NCBI GenBank assembly: GCA_034420695.1
Contig: DAOULB010000002.1
Coordinates: 151,644-215,643, forward strand
Length of the DNA stretch: 64,000 nucleotides
Direction of reading: 5' to 3'
Source of the DNA: Dehalococcoidia bacterium
GTDB lineage: Bacteria; Chloroflexota; Dehalococcoidia; Lucifugimonadales; UBA3495
Shown: one piece after another, positions 33,694 through 43,135 of the stretch
Numbering within the stretch: position 1 is the first letter of the stretch
Layout: each line of letters begins with the position of its first letter
Translations under genes and position numbers: made by a program
The notes under the pieces: generated by a model
Database searches by the model: none
What the model was told of the DNA's origin: nothing
What the model saw: the letters and a program-made list of their open reading frames with translations, nothing else

Positions 33694-34398
33694 ATGGCAG
33701 TTAGCAACAAAGAAATTGCGACAGAGCGTGATCTGGCCGTGGGAGAACCCGAGGCGGTGAACCACGCCAGGGAAGCCCTGGAGGCAGGGGAGCCTTGGCA
33801 CCGGGCGTTGCTGTCGGCCATGGGCCTCTGGACGCTGCCCTACGAGGTGCACCAAGGCCGCCAGTTCAACTACCTCATAGCCGGAGAAGCCTTCGACTGG
33901 CTGCTATTGGCGGAGCGGCTCTGCCTTTCCTTGGACGAGGCCATTCCCCCCGATCACAGGGAGCGGCTGCTGTTCCACGGGAAACTTCCGGAGGAGGTTG
34001 GCGACGAGGAGTTCCGGGACCTCTTGGGGGCGAACAAGTTCCGGGGCTATCTGAACTTCTGGTATGGCGTGGTGGTGGAGGAAGCGTTGCAACTGGCGGT
34101 TGAAGAGGACGTGAGGAAGCGCCAGATTGCCCGCTGCTACCCGGACAGCGAGGACCTCATCGAAGAAGCCTACCAGCACCTGTATGGAGAGACCAGGACG
34201 GAGCTGCTGGCCGATTTCCGCCACAGGGAGGGTCTGGGGCAAGAGGGCCCCTTGAGCTTGGCCAACCTGAAGGAGTTCACCTACGGGCTGCACAAGCTGC
34301 GACTGGAAAAGTGGGACCCGGCCCGGGTGGCCAGCGATACCCAGCGGGGGATACGCAAGCTACGCCAGTTGGAGCAAGCAGCGGGTTTGGTAAAATAG
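33694..34398 (+). CDS. Hypothetical protein (234 aa)
   Basis: This is the in-frame ATG at 33694 of ORF 33028..34398. The upstream 222 codons overlap bioY and the coiled-coil gene on the opposite strand. I recognise no motif. Confidence 0.55.
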   Translation: MAVSNKEIATERDLAVGEPEAVNHAREALEAGEPWHRALLSAMGLWTLPYEVHQGRQFNYLIAGEAFDWLLLAERLCLSLDEAIPPDHRERLLFHGKLPEEVGDEEFRDLLGANKFRGYLNFWYGVVVEEALQLAVEEDVRKRQIARCYPDSEDLIEEAYQHLYGETRTELLADFRHREGLGQEGPLSLANLKEFTYGLHKLRLEKWDPARVASDTQRGIRKLRQLEQAAGLVK

Positions 34399-34432
34399 CG
34401 GCAGCAAGCGAGGAGAAGGGGAACAGGGCGGT

Positions 34433-35539
34433 ATGCAGGATTCCGACATCCAGGATTCCCATTTTCAGGTATCCGATTTCAATGAAATGGCTGATCTACC
34501 CGAGGAACTGCTGGGTCCGAAGACGCGGCAGAGGGGAGAATCGGTCGAGGGCGAGATTGTCCGGATAGACGACGAGGGCATTGTCATCAGTGTGGGCCTC
34601 AAGATGGAAGGAATGGTGCCGATGAGCGAGATGCGCACCATTCCCAGGGAGGAACTGGCCGGCTTCAAGCCGGGAGACACTCTCCTGGCTACGCTGGTGA
34701 GCAACCGGGGCCCCGGCGACATGGCCCTCCTTTCCGTGGACCAAGCCCGGGAAGAGCTGTACTGGCGGGAGTTGGAACACTCCTTGGACAGCGGAGAAAC
34801 GGTTGAAGTAAAGGTTACGGGCCACAACAGCGGCGGCATTGAGGTGGATTTCCGGGGCATCAGAGGTTTTGTGCCTTTCTCCCACTTGGCGCCGGCGGAG
34901 GACGGACAAGAGGCAGCCGGCCGTGTTGGCCAAGAATGCTCGTTCAACGTCTTGGAGGTTGACCAGGACGCCGGCCGGTTGGTCCTCACCGAGCGGTCAA
35001 TCTGGCGGCGGCGGCAGGAGGAGCTTCGGCTCCAGAAAATAGCGGACTTGCAGCCGGGGAGCATTATCTCAGGCCGTGTGGTGTCGGTGCGGGGCTTCGG
35101 GGCCTTCGTGGACTTGGGAGGGGTGCAGGGACTGGTTCACATCTCTGAATTGTCCTGGGGCACGGTGAAGGACCCTGCGGACGTGGTTTCGGTCGGCGAT
35201 GAAATCAACGTTTACGTGGTGGCGGTGGATGTGGAGAGCCAACGCATCAACCTGAGCCTTAAACGCACCATGCCGGAGCCTTGGGAGACAGTGCCGGAAC
35301 GCTACCGGGTCGGCGAGATCGTGGAAGGCTCGGTCACCAGCTTGGCCCAGTTCGGTGCATTCGTCAAAATCGAGGACGGGGTGGAAGGACTGGTCCACAT
35401 CTCGGAACTGTCCGCCCGGCGGGTGAACCACGCCAAGGAGTGTGTGTACCCGGGGCAGGCGGTGCGTGTAATGGTGACCGGGATAGACTCGGAACGCCGG
35501 CGGATGAGCCTTAGCTACCGCAAGGCCTTCGGTCTGTAG
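34433..35539 (+). CDS. rpsA: 30S ribosomal protein S1-like protein (four S1 RNA-binding domains)
   Basis: It has repeated S1 motifs: GEIVRIDDEGIVISVG, ...VKVTGHNSGGIEVDFRGIRGFVPFSHL, GSIISGRVVSVRGFGAFVDLGGVQGLVHISELSW and GEIVEGSVTSLAQFGAFVKIEDGVEGLVHISELS. Confidence 0.88.
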   Translation: MQDSDIQDSHFQVSDFNEMADLPEELLGPKTRQRGESVEGEIVRIDDEGIVISVGLKMEGMVPMSEMRTIPREELAGFKPGDTLLATLVSNRGPGDMALLSVDQAREELYWRELEHSLDSGETVEVKVTGHNSGGIEVDFRGIRGFVPFSHLAPAEDGQEAAGRVGQECSFNVLEVDQDAGRLVLTERSIWRRRQEELRLQKIADLQPGSIISGRVVSVRGFGAFVDLGGVQGLVHISELSWGTVKDPADVVSVGDEINVYVVAVDVESQRINLSLKRTMPEPWETVPERYRVGEIVEGSVTSLAQFGAFVKIEDGVEGLVHISELSARRVNHAKECVYPGQAVRVMVTGIDSERRRMSLSYRKAFGL

Positions 35540-35547
35540 AATCGCAC

Positions 35548-35571
35548 CGCGGCCCCTCGACGGCCGCGTTT
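35548..35571 (+). terminator. Possible terminator hairpin after rpsA
   Basis: CGCGGCC (35548-54) pairs with GGCCGCG (35562-68) around a 7-nt loop, followed by TTT. Confidence 0.4.
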
Positions 35572-35603
35572 CCAGACCGGATGCTGGCTGAAAGGAGATA
35601 GCC

Positions 35604-36701
35604 TTGCCACAGACAGGACTGACGGTCCACAAGCCAAGCCACGCCTACCCTGGGTACACCCTGATAGCCCCCATGGAACGCACCGACGCCTACTTGGTCG
35701 ACATGGAGGGGCGCATAGTACATCGTTGGCCTCTGCCCTACCGGCCGGGGGACTACGGCTACCTGCTGGAAAACGGCAACCTGCTTGTCGCCGGGCGCAC
35801 CGGCCGCAGCCCGGTGAACATCGGCGGGCACAGCGGTGTGGTCATGGAAATGGACTGGGATGGGAACATCCTGTGGGAGTACGTGGAAGACACGCTGCAC
35901 CACGACTTTTGCCGGATGCCCAACGGCAACACCATGGTGCTGGGCTGGGAGACGGTCCCCAAGGAGATGATAGACCAGGTCAGGGGCGGAGTGCCCGACA
36001 GCGAGCCCGAGGCCGGCATCTGGTGTGACTACTTCCGGGAGATAACCCCCGGCGGCGAAATCGCCTGGGAGTGGCACGCCTACGAGCATCTGGACACGGA
36101 AACCGACGTCATCTGCTACCTGCACCGCCGGGATGAGTGGACCCACACCAACACCTGCGAAGTGCTTCCCGACGGAAACATTCTGACCAGTTGGAGGCTG
36201 CTGGACACCGTGGCCATCTTGGACAAGGCCACCGGGGACTTTTCTTGGAAGTGGGGCCGGGGGGAACTGGGCCACCAGCACGACCCCACCCTGCTGGACA
36301 ACGGCAACATACTGATTTTCGACAACGGCTGGCACGCGATTACGGCCCCAATGCCCGGCTCCCGGGTGATAGAGGTCAACCCCGGCACCAACCGGATCGA
36401 GTGGGAGTACAAGACCCGTCCGCCTTGGAACTTCTTCAGCGCCTTCATCAGCGGGGCGCAGCGGTTGCCCAATGGCAACACCTTGGTGTGTGAGGGCATG
36501 ACCGGCAGGGTCTTTGAGGTTACCCGGGAGGGTGAGATGGTCTGGGAGTTCACCAACCCGTTCTACGGACCGGACGACAGGTTCGACCGGGTGAACCGGC
36601 TCTTCCGGGCCTACCGCTACGGTCCCGACTTCCCAGGTTTCAAGGGCAAGAGCCTCGATCCCTCAGGTCATTCCTGGAGCAGCCACCTCTACAGCCGCTG
36701 A
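35604..36701 (+). CDS. Arylsulfotransferase (ASST)-family beta-propeller protein
   Basis: ...YPGYTLIAP......YLVDMEGRIVHRW.......GDYGYLLENGNLL...HHDF.RMPNGNTMVL...H.N....LPDGNIL.S.......I.D..TG...W.WG....HQHDPTLLDNGNILIFDNG... is the typical ASST repeat pattern. The TTG start follows AAGGAG. Confidence 0.7.
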   Translation: MPQTGLTVHKPSHAYPGYTLIAPMERTDAYLVDMEGRIVHRWPLPYRPGDYGYLLENGNLLVAGRTGRSPVNIGGHSGVVMEMDWDGNILWEYVEDTLHHDFCRMPNGNTMVLGWETVPKEMIDQVRGGVPDSEPEAGIWCDYFREITPGGEIAWEWHAYEHLDTETDVICYLHRRDEWTHTNTCEVLPDGNILTSWRLLDTVAILDKATGDFSWKWGRGELGHQHDPTLLDNGNILIFDNGWHAITAPMPGSRVIEVNPGTNRIEWEYKTRPPWNFFSAFISGAQRLPNGNTLVCEGMTGRVFEVTREGEMVWEFTNPFYGPDDRFDRVNRLFRAYRYGPDFPGFKGKSLDPSGHSWSSHLYSR

Positions 36702-36762
36702 GGTGCCGTTAGCTGCGATCAGGTCTGGCATGGAGACTGGTCGAAATTAGAAGGCGTCCTGG

Positions 36763-37146
36763 CTAGGCTCCGGCCAACTCCTCGGCGTTCCTGATATAGT
36801 CCAGCGTCTCTCGGATATCCGAGGCAATGACGTCCTCCGGTTCGCAGTTTCCATCGTAGAAACAGGCGCCGTGCAGTTCGGATTGCCGTGCCAAGTACCG
36901 GATCCTCAACTGTTGTATGCCAGGATCCATTCTCTGCAATAAGCGCATCCCTTGGGATACCTTGCCTGAGGTGCGGGGCTCTTCCCCGCTCCTGGCCAGT
37001 ACGAAGGCCACTGTAGCCCTCATGGTTGCTCCCCATGCCTTTTCTGCGGCATTACGGGTACGTCCCTGCTCTAACATCGCCAAGGCATCTTCGTAGAGGA
37101 TTCGGGCGTCGGCGAAAATTTCTGCGACCCGTTCAACCACTGCCAT
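36763..37146 (-). CDS. PaREP1/HEPN-like helical protein (127 aa)
   Basis: ...ILYEDALAMLEQGRTRNAAEKAWGATMRATVAFVLARSG... resembles PaREP1/HEPN-type four-helix proteins. I chose the ATG at 37146; the ORF-track start is 37167. Confidence 0.5.
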   Translation of the reverse strand: MAVVERVAEIFADARILYEDALAMLEQGRTRNAAEKAWGATMRATVAFVLARSGEEPRTSGKVSQGMRLLQRMDPGIQQLRIRYLARQSELHGACFYDGNCEPEDVIASDIRETLDYIRNAEELAGA

Positions 37147-37217
37147 CGTTCGTTCCCTGCAGAGCAATTCGGTATATAATTTCCATTACTACTATGGATT
37201 TACCTTGAGATAAGAGC

Positions 37218-39932
37218 ATGGCTTCCGATTATACGACTCCTACCACCAACATACCCAGCGCCTACGCCCCCGCGGATGTGGAGCCCCGGGTCTACCAGCA
37301 ATGGCTGGACCAAGGCTACTTCACCCCGTCGGTGGACCCGGAAAAGAGGCCATTCTGCATCATAATGCCGCCGCCCAACGTGACCGGCGAACTTCACTTG
37401 GGCCACGCCTTGACCGCCTCGGTAGAAGACGCCCTGTGCCGCTGGAGGCGCATGATGGGCGATTCCACCCTCTGGCTGCCGGGCAAGGACCACGCCGGCA
37501 TTGCCACCCAATGGGTGGTGGAGCGCCTGTTGGCCGAGGAAGGCTTGACCCGCCACGACCTGGGCCGGGAGAAGTTTCTGGAGCGGGTCTGGGAGTGGGT
37601 GGCCCGGTATGGGAACACCATCGATGAACAGCACAAGCGGTTGGGTGCGTCTTGCGACTGGAGCCGCCTCCGCTTTACCTTGGACCCCGGACCTGCCAGG
37701 GCGGTGCGGACCACCTTCGTCAACCTTTTCCAAAAAGGGCTCATCTACCGCCACGAACGGATTATCAACTGGTGTCCCCGTTGCGCCACCGCGCTCTCCG
37801 ACTTGGAGGTGGAGTACCAGGAAACCAACGGCAAGCTGTACCATATCAAATACCCCACGGCGGACCGTGAGGGAGAATTCATCACGGTTGCCACCACCCG
37901 TCCTGAGTCCATGCTGGGGGATACCGGCGTTGCCGTGCACCCCGACGACTCACGTTACAGCGGCATGGTGGGCCATAACGTTATCCTGCCCATCATGGAC
38001 CGCCCGATTCCCGTGGTGGCCGATGCCGCTCTGGACATGGAGTTCGGCACCGGCGCCTTGAAGGTAACCCCGGGCCACGACCCCGTGGACTTCGAAATCG
38101 GAGAACGCCACGGCCTGGAAATCATTAACATCATTGGCTTCGATGGCTTGATGACCGGCGCAGCGGGTAAGTACCAGGGGGTTGAGCGTTTTCAAGCCCG
38201 GCGGGACGTTGTGGCTGAGTTGGGTTCCCTGGGCTTGCTGGAACGGGTAGACGATTATGTTCACTCGGTGGGGCACTGCCAGCGTTGCGACTCGGTGGTG
38301 GAGCCCCTCGTCAGCCTGCAGTGGTTCCTGAACGTGGGAAGCCACGACGACCCGCAGAGCATCGCCGGGAGGGCCCACGGGGCGGTCACTCAGGGCCGCA
38401 TCAAAATGGTGCCGGACCGTTTCAGCCGGGTCTATCTCAACTGGCTGGAAAACATCCGCGATTGGTGCATCAGCCGCCAGCTTTGGTGGGGCCACCGGAT
38501 TCCGGTCTGGTATTGCGCCAACTGTCCCGAACCCTTTGCGTCAATTGAGGACCTGGACCGCTGTCCCAACTGCGGCTCGGCGGACCTGCAGCAGGACCCG
38601 GACGTTCTGGACACTTGGTTCAGTTCCGGGTTGTGGCCTCATTCCACCTTGGGGTGGCCTGAAGAGACCGGGGACTTGGACTACTTTTACCCCACCACGG
38701 TAATGGAAACCGGGTACGATATTCTCTTTTTCTGGGTTGCCCGCATGATCATGATGGGCATAGAGAATACCGGCGACATTCCCTTTCAAACGGTGTACCT
38801 CCACGGGTTGGTCCGGGATGCCCAAGGGGCGAAAATGAGCAAGACCCGGGGCAACACTATGGATCCCCTGGACCTCATCCAAGTGTACGGCACCGACGCG
38901 CTGCGGTTTGCCCTCACCACCGGCACTGCTCCGGGCAACGACCTGCGGATAACCGAAGGCAAGCTGGAGGCAGCCCGCAACTTCGCCAACAAGGTCTGGA
39001 ACGCATCCCGCTTTGTGTTGACCAGCCTCGATTCTGCCGGCAGCCCTGCGGACTTTTCCGATTGGCAGCAGTTGTCCGGGCTCTCCCACCGCGAAGACCG
39101 CTGGATAGTGAGCCGGATGCACCGGGTGATTGCCGACGCCAATCGGCTATTGGAGAGCTTCGAACTGGGGGAGGCCCAGCAAAGGCTCTACGACTTCTTC
39201 TGGAACGATTTCTGCGACTGGTACATCGAAATGGCCAAGATTCGGTTGCGCCAGGACGGTGGGTCGTCGCCTCTCCCTGTACTGGTCCACGTCCTGGAGT
39301 CCGTGCTGCGGGCCATGCATCCATTCCTTCCCTTTGTCACCGAGGAAATCTGGCAAGGGTTGCGGGCCCGGCTGCCCGGGTCCGCCTCCCTCGAGGAATC
39401 CATCATGGTTTCCCCTTATCCACAAGCGGATGAGTCCCGCCTTGACCCTGGGGCGGAAGACCAGATGGAACTGGTGATGCAGACGGTGCGCGCGGTACGA
39501 AACGCGCGGGCGCAGTTGCGCATCCCGGCCAATCAGCAACTTGAAGCGTTGTTGGAGACCGATGGACAACAGGGGACCATGGAAGAGGAGTCTCCGGTGA
39601 TCCGGTCTCTATCCAGGGTCGATCCCCTGAGGATTGTATCCGGCGGGTCTGCCGGCGCCGACGGGCGCAGAGGCGTCACCTTGGTTGTGAATCCCCTGGT
39701 GATACGCCTGCCCTTGGAAGGGGTTGTGGACGTGCCCGGGGAAAGCCAGCGGTTGCAAGGGGAGCTGGACGACTGCCTTAAGAACCTCAACCGGGTTGAG
39801 GCTTTGGTCGCCAACCCGAACTTTACTGCCAAGGCCCGGCCGGAAGTGGTCCAGAAAGAACAGGAGCGCCTGGGAGAACTGGTGGAACGCCGGCAGCGAT
39901 TGGAGGAAATCCTGGCGCAACTGTCCGGCTGA
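37218..39932 (+). CDS. valS: Valine--tRNA ligase
   Basis: The 904-aa ORF has the HIGH motif (PPPNVTGELHLGHAL), KMSKS (KMSKTRGN), an editing domain and a C-terminal coiled coil. Confidence 0.97.
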   Translation: MASDYTTPTTNIPSAYAPADVEPRVYQQWLDQGYFTPSVDPEKRPFCIIMPPPNVTGELHLGHALTASVEDALCRWRRMMGDSTLWLPGKDHAGIATQWVVERLLAEEGLTRHDLGREKFLERVWEWVARYGNTIDEQHKRLGASCDWSRLRFTLDPGPARAVRTTFVNLFQKGLIYRHERIINWCPRCATALSDLEVEYQETNGKLYHIKYPTADREGEFITVATTRPESMLGDTGVAVHPDDSRYSGMVGHNVILPIMDRPIPVVADAALDMEFGTGALKVTPGHDPVDFEIGERHGLEIINIIGFDGLMTGAAGKYQGVERFQARRDVVAELGSLGLLERVDDYVHSVGHCQRCDSVVEPLVSLQWFLNVGSHDDPQSIAGRAHGAVTQGRIKMVPDRFSRVYLNWLENIRDWCISRQLWWGHRIPVWYCANCPEPFASIEDLDRCPNCGSADLQQDPDVLDTWFSSGLWPHSTLGWPEETGDLDYFYPTTVMETGYDILFFWVARMIMMGIENTGDIPFQTVYLHGLVRDAQGAKMSKTRGNTMDPLDLIQVYGTDALRFALTTGTAPGNDLRITEGKLEAARNFANKVWNASRFVLTSLDSAGSPADFSDWQQLSGLSHREDRWIVSRMHRVIADANRLLESFELGEAQQRLYDFFWNDFCDWYIEMAKIRLRQDGGSSPLPVLVHVLESVLRAMHPFLPFVTEEIWQGLRARLPGSASLEESIMVSPYPQADESRLDPGAEDQMELVMQTVRAVRNARAQLRIPANQQLEALLETDGQQGTMEEESPVIRSLSRVDPLRIVSGGSAGADGRRGVTLVVNPLVIRLPLEGVVDVPGESQRLQGELDDCLKNLNRVEALVANPNFTAKARPEVVQKEQERLGELVERRQRLEEILAQLSG

Positions 39933-39976
39933 GTTCCCCGCGGCCTGCCCCGGAATTCCGCCTCTGGAATCCCATC

Positions 39977-40846
39977 TTGGGAGTTAGTGGATTGGAATCT
40001 GCCCTCGGCGTTATCGGTTCTCCCATAGGTCATTCCATGTCCCCGGCCTTTCAGCAAGCCGCCTTGGACCACCTTGGAATCGGTGCCGACTACTTGGCTT
40101 ATGACGTGGCCCCGGAGGACGTTGGGCAGTTCGTGACCGGCCTCCGTAAGCCGGGAGTGATGGGCATCAACATCACCGCGCCCCATAAGGGGGCCGTAAT
40201 TCCCTTTCTGGACGAACTTGACGACTGGGCCGCTGTGGCCGGGGCGGTCAACACCGTCGTCAACCGGGACGGCCGCCTCACCGGGCATAACACCGACGGC
40301 TCAGGATTCCTGCGGGCGCTGCAGGATGAGGCTGGGTTCTCTCCAGAAGGCTGCCGCGCCTTGGTGCTGGGAGCGGGAGGGTCCGCCAGGGCGGTCGTGC
40401 TCGCCCTGACCCGGGACAGAATCGGCAGTTTGACTATCGCCAACCGGACTGCGTCCAAGGCAGCAGACCTGGCGGCATTGGCCCGGCAGAACGGCGCCGC
40501 CTCATCGGCCATCGGCTTGGAACGGGAAGTCCTGTCAGCCGCCGCCCGCGAGGCCGACCTGATTGTGAATTGTACCTCCGTCGGCATGGTCCGGGGCCCC
40601 GACGAGAGCGGCTCGGTGTTGGACCGGGAACAGATCCCGGCCAAGGCCCTGGTCAATGACCTGGTGTATAATCCCGCTGAAACTCCGCTGCTGCAGGAAG
40701 CCCAAGTGGCCGGGGCCAAGGTCTTGGGCGGAATCTACATGCTGGTATATCAGGGCGCGGCCTCCTTCGAAATGTGGACCGGCCAACCCGCTCCGGTGCA
40801 GGTAATGCTCCAAGCAGCCCTGAGGGCCTTGGCGGCCCGGGGCTGA
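39977..40846 (+). CDS. aroE: Shikimate dehydrogenase
   Basis: GVIGSPIGHSMSPAFQQAAL..LG....Y........L.......GINITAPHK...NTV......L.GHNTDG.GF...VLGAGGSARAV. The start is uncertain (TTG at 39977 or 39992). Confidence 0.9.
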   Translation: MGVSGLESALGVIGSPIGHSMSPAFQQAALDHLGIGADYLAYDVAPEDVGQFVTGLRKPGVMGINITAPHKGAVIPFLDELDDWAAVAGAVNTVVNRDGRLTGHNTDGSGFLRALQDEAGFSPEGCRALVLGAGGSARAVVLALTRDRIGSLTIANRTASKAADLAALARQNGAASSAIGLEREVLSAAAREADLIVNCTSVGMVRGPDESGSVLDREQIPAKALVNDLVYNPAETPLLQEAQVAGAKVLGGIYMLVYQGAASFEMWTGQPAPVQVMLQAALRALAARG

Positions 40847-40903
40847 GCCCCCGGCTGGCTTGGGAGTCTCTCATCTCTCCAGTGCCTCTCACGAGTGTAT
40901 TAA

Positions 40904-42094
40904 ATGATCAGATTTTTCACGGCTGGTGAGTCCCACGGACCGGGACTGGTGATAATAGTCGAAGGCGTGCCCGCAGGCTTGCCCTTGGACGAAGAGTACA
41001 TTGCAGGTCAGTTGGCCCGGCGGCAGCGGGGGTACGGCCGCGGTGGCCGGATGCTCATCGAACAGGACCGGGCGCAAATCCATTCGGGTGTGCGCCACGG
41101 AACGACGTTGGGAAGCCCCATCGGAATGACCCTGGAGAACAAGGACTGGGTCAACTGGCAACAGTCCATGTCGGTGGGAGAAGTGCCGGAAGAAGACTAC
41201 GACCCCGGCGACCCCCGGTCACAGCGGGTTACCCGCATCCGGCCCGGCCACGCCGACTTGCCAGGGGTGATGAAGTACGGGTTCGATGACGTGCGCAACG
41301 CGCTGGAACGCTCCAGCGCCCGGGAGACGGCGGCCAGGGTTGCCGCCGGGGCCGTAGCGGTGAAAATGTTGGAGCAGTTCGACGTACGCCTTCACAGCCA
41401 TGTGATATCCATTGCGGGAGTATTCGCCAACCCCCCTGAGTCCATCGACTGGGAGGCCGTTGAAGAGTCGCCGGTGCGCTGCGCCGACCCCACGGCAAGC
41501 AAGTTGATGATGGCCGAGATCGACGCCGCCAAGGAATCTGGGGACACCGTCGGCGGCACTGTTGAGGTCATAGCGGAAAACGTCCCCATTGGCCTTGGCT
41601 CCCACGTACACTGGGACCGGAAGATCGATGGTCAGATTGCCCAAGCCTTGATGTCGATCAATGCAGTCAAGGCCGTTGAGGTGGGTCCCGGCTGGGAGAT
41701 GGTGCAGAAGCGGGGATCCCAAGTGCATGATGTAATCGAGCCTGTTACCAACCCGGATCATCCTTGGCAGAGGAAAACAAACCGCTTGGGTGGCACCGAG
41801 GGAGGCATGACCAACGGAATGCCCTTGGTGGCCCGTTTCGGTATCAAGCCCATTGCCACCATGTTGAATCCCCTCCCCTCGGTGGACTTGGACACCGGGG
41901 AAGGTGTGCAAGCCCACTACGAGCGGTCCGACATCTGCCAAGTCCCGCCCGCCGGGGTGATAGGAGAAGCCATGGTGGCATTGGTGCTGGCGAACTCCTT
42001 CGCTGAAAAGTTCGGCGGCGACTCCATCCCCGAAATGGACCGCAACCTCCGCAACTACCTCAAGACGGTGGGACCCCGCCGGGTCTTCCAATAA
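40904..42094 (+). CDS. aroC: Chorismate synthase
   Basis: MIRFFTAGESHGPGLVIIVEGVPAGL...RRQRGYGRGGRM...RPGHAD...ERSSARETAARVAAGA. Confidence 0.96.
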   Translation: MIRFFTAGESHGPGLVIIVEGVPAGLPLDEEYIAGQLARRQRGYGRGGRMLIEQDRAQIHSGVRHGTTLGSPIGMTLENKDWVNWQQSMSVGEVPEEDYDPGDPRSQRVTRIRPGHADLPGVMKYGFDDVRNALERSSARETAARVAAGAVAVKMLEQFDVRLHSHVISIAGVFANPPESIDWEAVEESPVRCADPTASKLMMAEIDAAKESGDTVGGTVEVIAENVPIGLGSHVHWDRKIDGQIAQALMSINAVKAVEVGPGWEMVQKRGSQVHDVIEPVTNPDHPWQRKTNRLGGTEGGMTNGMPLVARFGIKPIATMLNPLPSVDLDTGEGVQAHYERSDICQVPPAGVIGEAMVALVLANSFAEKFGGDSIPEMDRNLRNYLKTVGPRRVFQ

Positions 42095-42125
42095 GGGGGA
42101 TGGGTCTCCGGCGCGCACAGGGCGG

Positions 42126-42153
42126 TTGACTTCCGGGATTTAGCGGTTAAAAT
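42126..42153 (+). promoter_or_regulatory. Sigma70-type promoter for the SelW-like selenoprotein gene
   Basis: TTGACT (42126-31), a 16-nt spacer, then TAAAAT (42148-53). GGAGG at 42174-78 lies 6 nt before the ATG at 42185. Confidence 0.55.
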
Positions 42154-42184
42154 TCAATTATCTTATTTCCTATGGAGGCCCTTA

Positions 42185-42466
42185 ATGGAAGGGAAAGTTC
42201 AGGTTGAGATCACCTACTGCGTAGCTTGACAGCACTTGGGAACTGCCACGTGGATGGCAAACGAGTTCTTTAAGGCCTTTGGACCCGACGTTTCGGTAGC
42301 TATCTCCCCCAGGGGACAGGGCATCATGGAAGTCTTCCTGGATGGCGAGAGGATCTTCGACAAGAAGGGCGAAGGCGATATCTTCCCCGACCTGAAGCGG
42401 GTCAGGGCAATGACGCAGCAAATTTCCAGCAAGATCAACAGCCTGGAGCCTGCCCCCGCCGACTAA
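42185..42466 (+). CDS. SelW/Rdx-family selenoprotein with an in-frame UGA (Sec) at 42227..42229
   Basis: Reading upstream of ORF 42236..42466 in the same frame gives ATG(42185) MEGKVQVEITYCVA-TGA-QHLGTATWMANEFF... This is the Rdx-family IxYCxxU motif followed by ...GIMEVFLDGERIFDKKGEGDIFPDLKRV. An RBS and promoter lie upstream, and a hairpin starts 11 nt after the UGA. Confidence 0.7.
42240..42268 (+). promoter_or_regulatory. Candidate bacterial SECIS hairpin
   Basis: GAAC (42240-43) pairs with GTTC (42265-68). TGCCA (42244-48) pairs with TGGCA (42055+200=42255-59) around the apical loop CGTGGA. There is a 5-nt 3' internal loop. The structure begins 11 nt downstream of the UGA. Confidence 0.5.
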
Positions 42467-42497
42467 CCGGGCCTGAGCCTGTGAACCGGGAACCAAG

Positions 42498-42525
42498 AGA
42501 GCCCCTCTCTTAAAGGAGGGGCTCT
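42498..42525. terminator. Possible bidirectional terminator hairpin between the convergent selW-like gene and tmk (overlaps the tmk 3' end)
   Basis: AGAGCCCCTC (42498-507) pairs with GAGGGGCTCT (42516-25) as 10 bp around an 8-nt loop. There is no clear T-tract on either side. Confidence 0.35.
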
Positions 42526-43118
42526 ACTCTTGTCCAGATCTCCCTTGAGAGCTGTCTTACACTGAGCGAGCCGGCCAGCACCAACCAGCAGGAAGGTTCC
42601 CTTTCGGCTTGGGCCCAATACCCCTTGCGCACCCTTTGCTGGAACTCCAATGGGGCAGAGTCGAAGTTGTCCATAGGGGCAGCAGACTCAGGGTCTCCTC
42701 TGAGGGCTGCCGTCTCGGGAGATAGGTCCAACAGGATTGTAAGGTCGGGCGCCAGCCCTGCCGTGGCCTCCCGGTTGACCTGCTCTATCAAGTTAAAGTC
42801 TAACCCCCGCCCGTAGCCTTGGTAAGCCACTGTAGAGGCACTGAACCGGTCGGCGACGACTATTTTGCCTTCTGCGAGTTCCGGACGTATAACTTTTTCC
42901 ACCAAGTGGGACCTGGCAGCGGAAAAAAGGAACAGTTCGTCCAAAGGACTGAGGCCGGGCTGGGTTTTGACCCAACGTCGGATTGTTTCTCCCAGGGGAG
43001 TGCCGCCGGGCTCCCGGATTCCTCGCGTCCGTCTGCGTGCGCTTTGCAGGCGACGCAATAGGGCACGCGCCTGCGTGCTCTTACCAGCCCTGTCGATCCC
43101 CTCGAATACTATGAACAC
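42510..43118 (-). CDS. tmk: Thymidylate kinase
   Basis: (M)FIVFEGIDRAGKSTQ...REPGGTPLGE.IR...DRF..S..AYQG.GRGL. The start codon is GTG. Confidence 0.93.
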   Translation of the reverse strand: MFIVFEGIDRAGKSTQARALLRRLQSARRRTRGIREPGGTPLGETIRRWVKTQPGLSPLDELFLFSAARSHLVEKVIRPELAEGKIVVADRFSASTVAYQGYGRGLDFNLIEQVNREATAGLAPDLTILLDLSPETAALRGDPESAAPMDNFDSAPLEFQQRVRKGYWAQAEREPSCWLVLAGSLSVRQLSREIWTRVEPLL

Positions 43119-43135
43119 TGGAGAGGACCCAATCG

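Noticed and set aside
31825-34398. The long ORF-track versions of two genes (31825..33051 -, 408 aa; 33028..34398 +, 456 aa)
   Set aside because: Their N-terminal extensions overlap bioY and the coiled-coil gene and have shadow-ORF composition. Conserved sequence begins at the internal ATGs (32607 and 33694).
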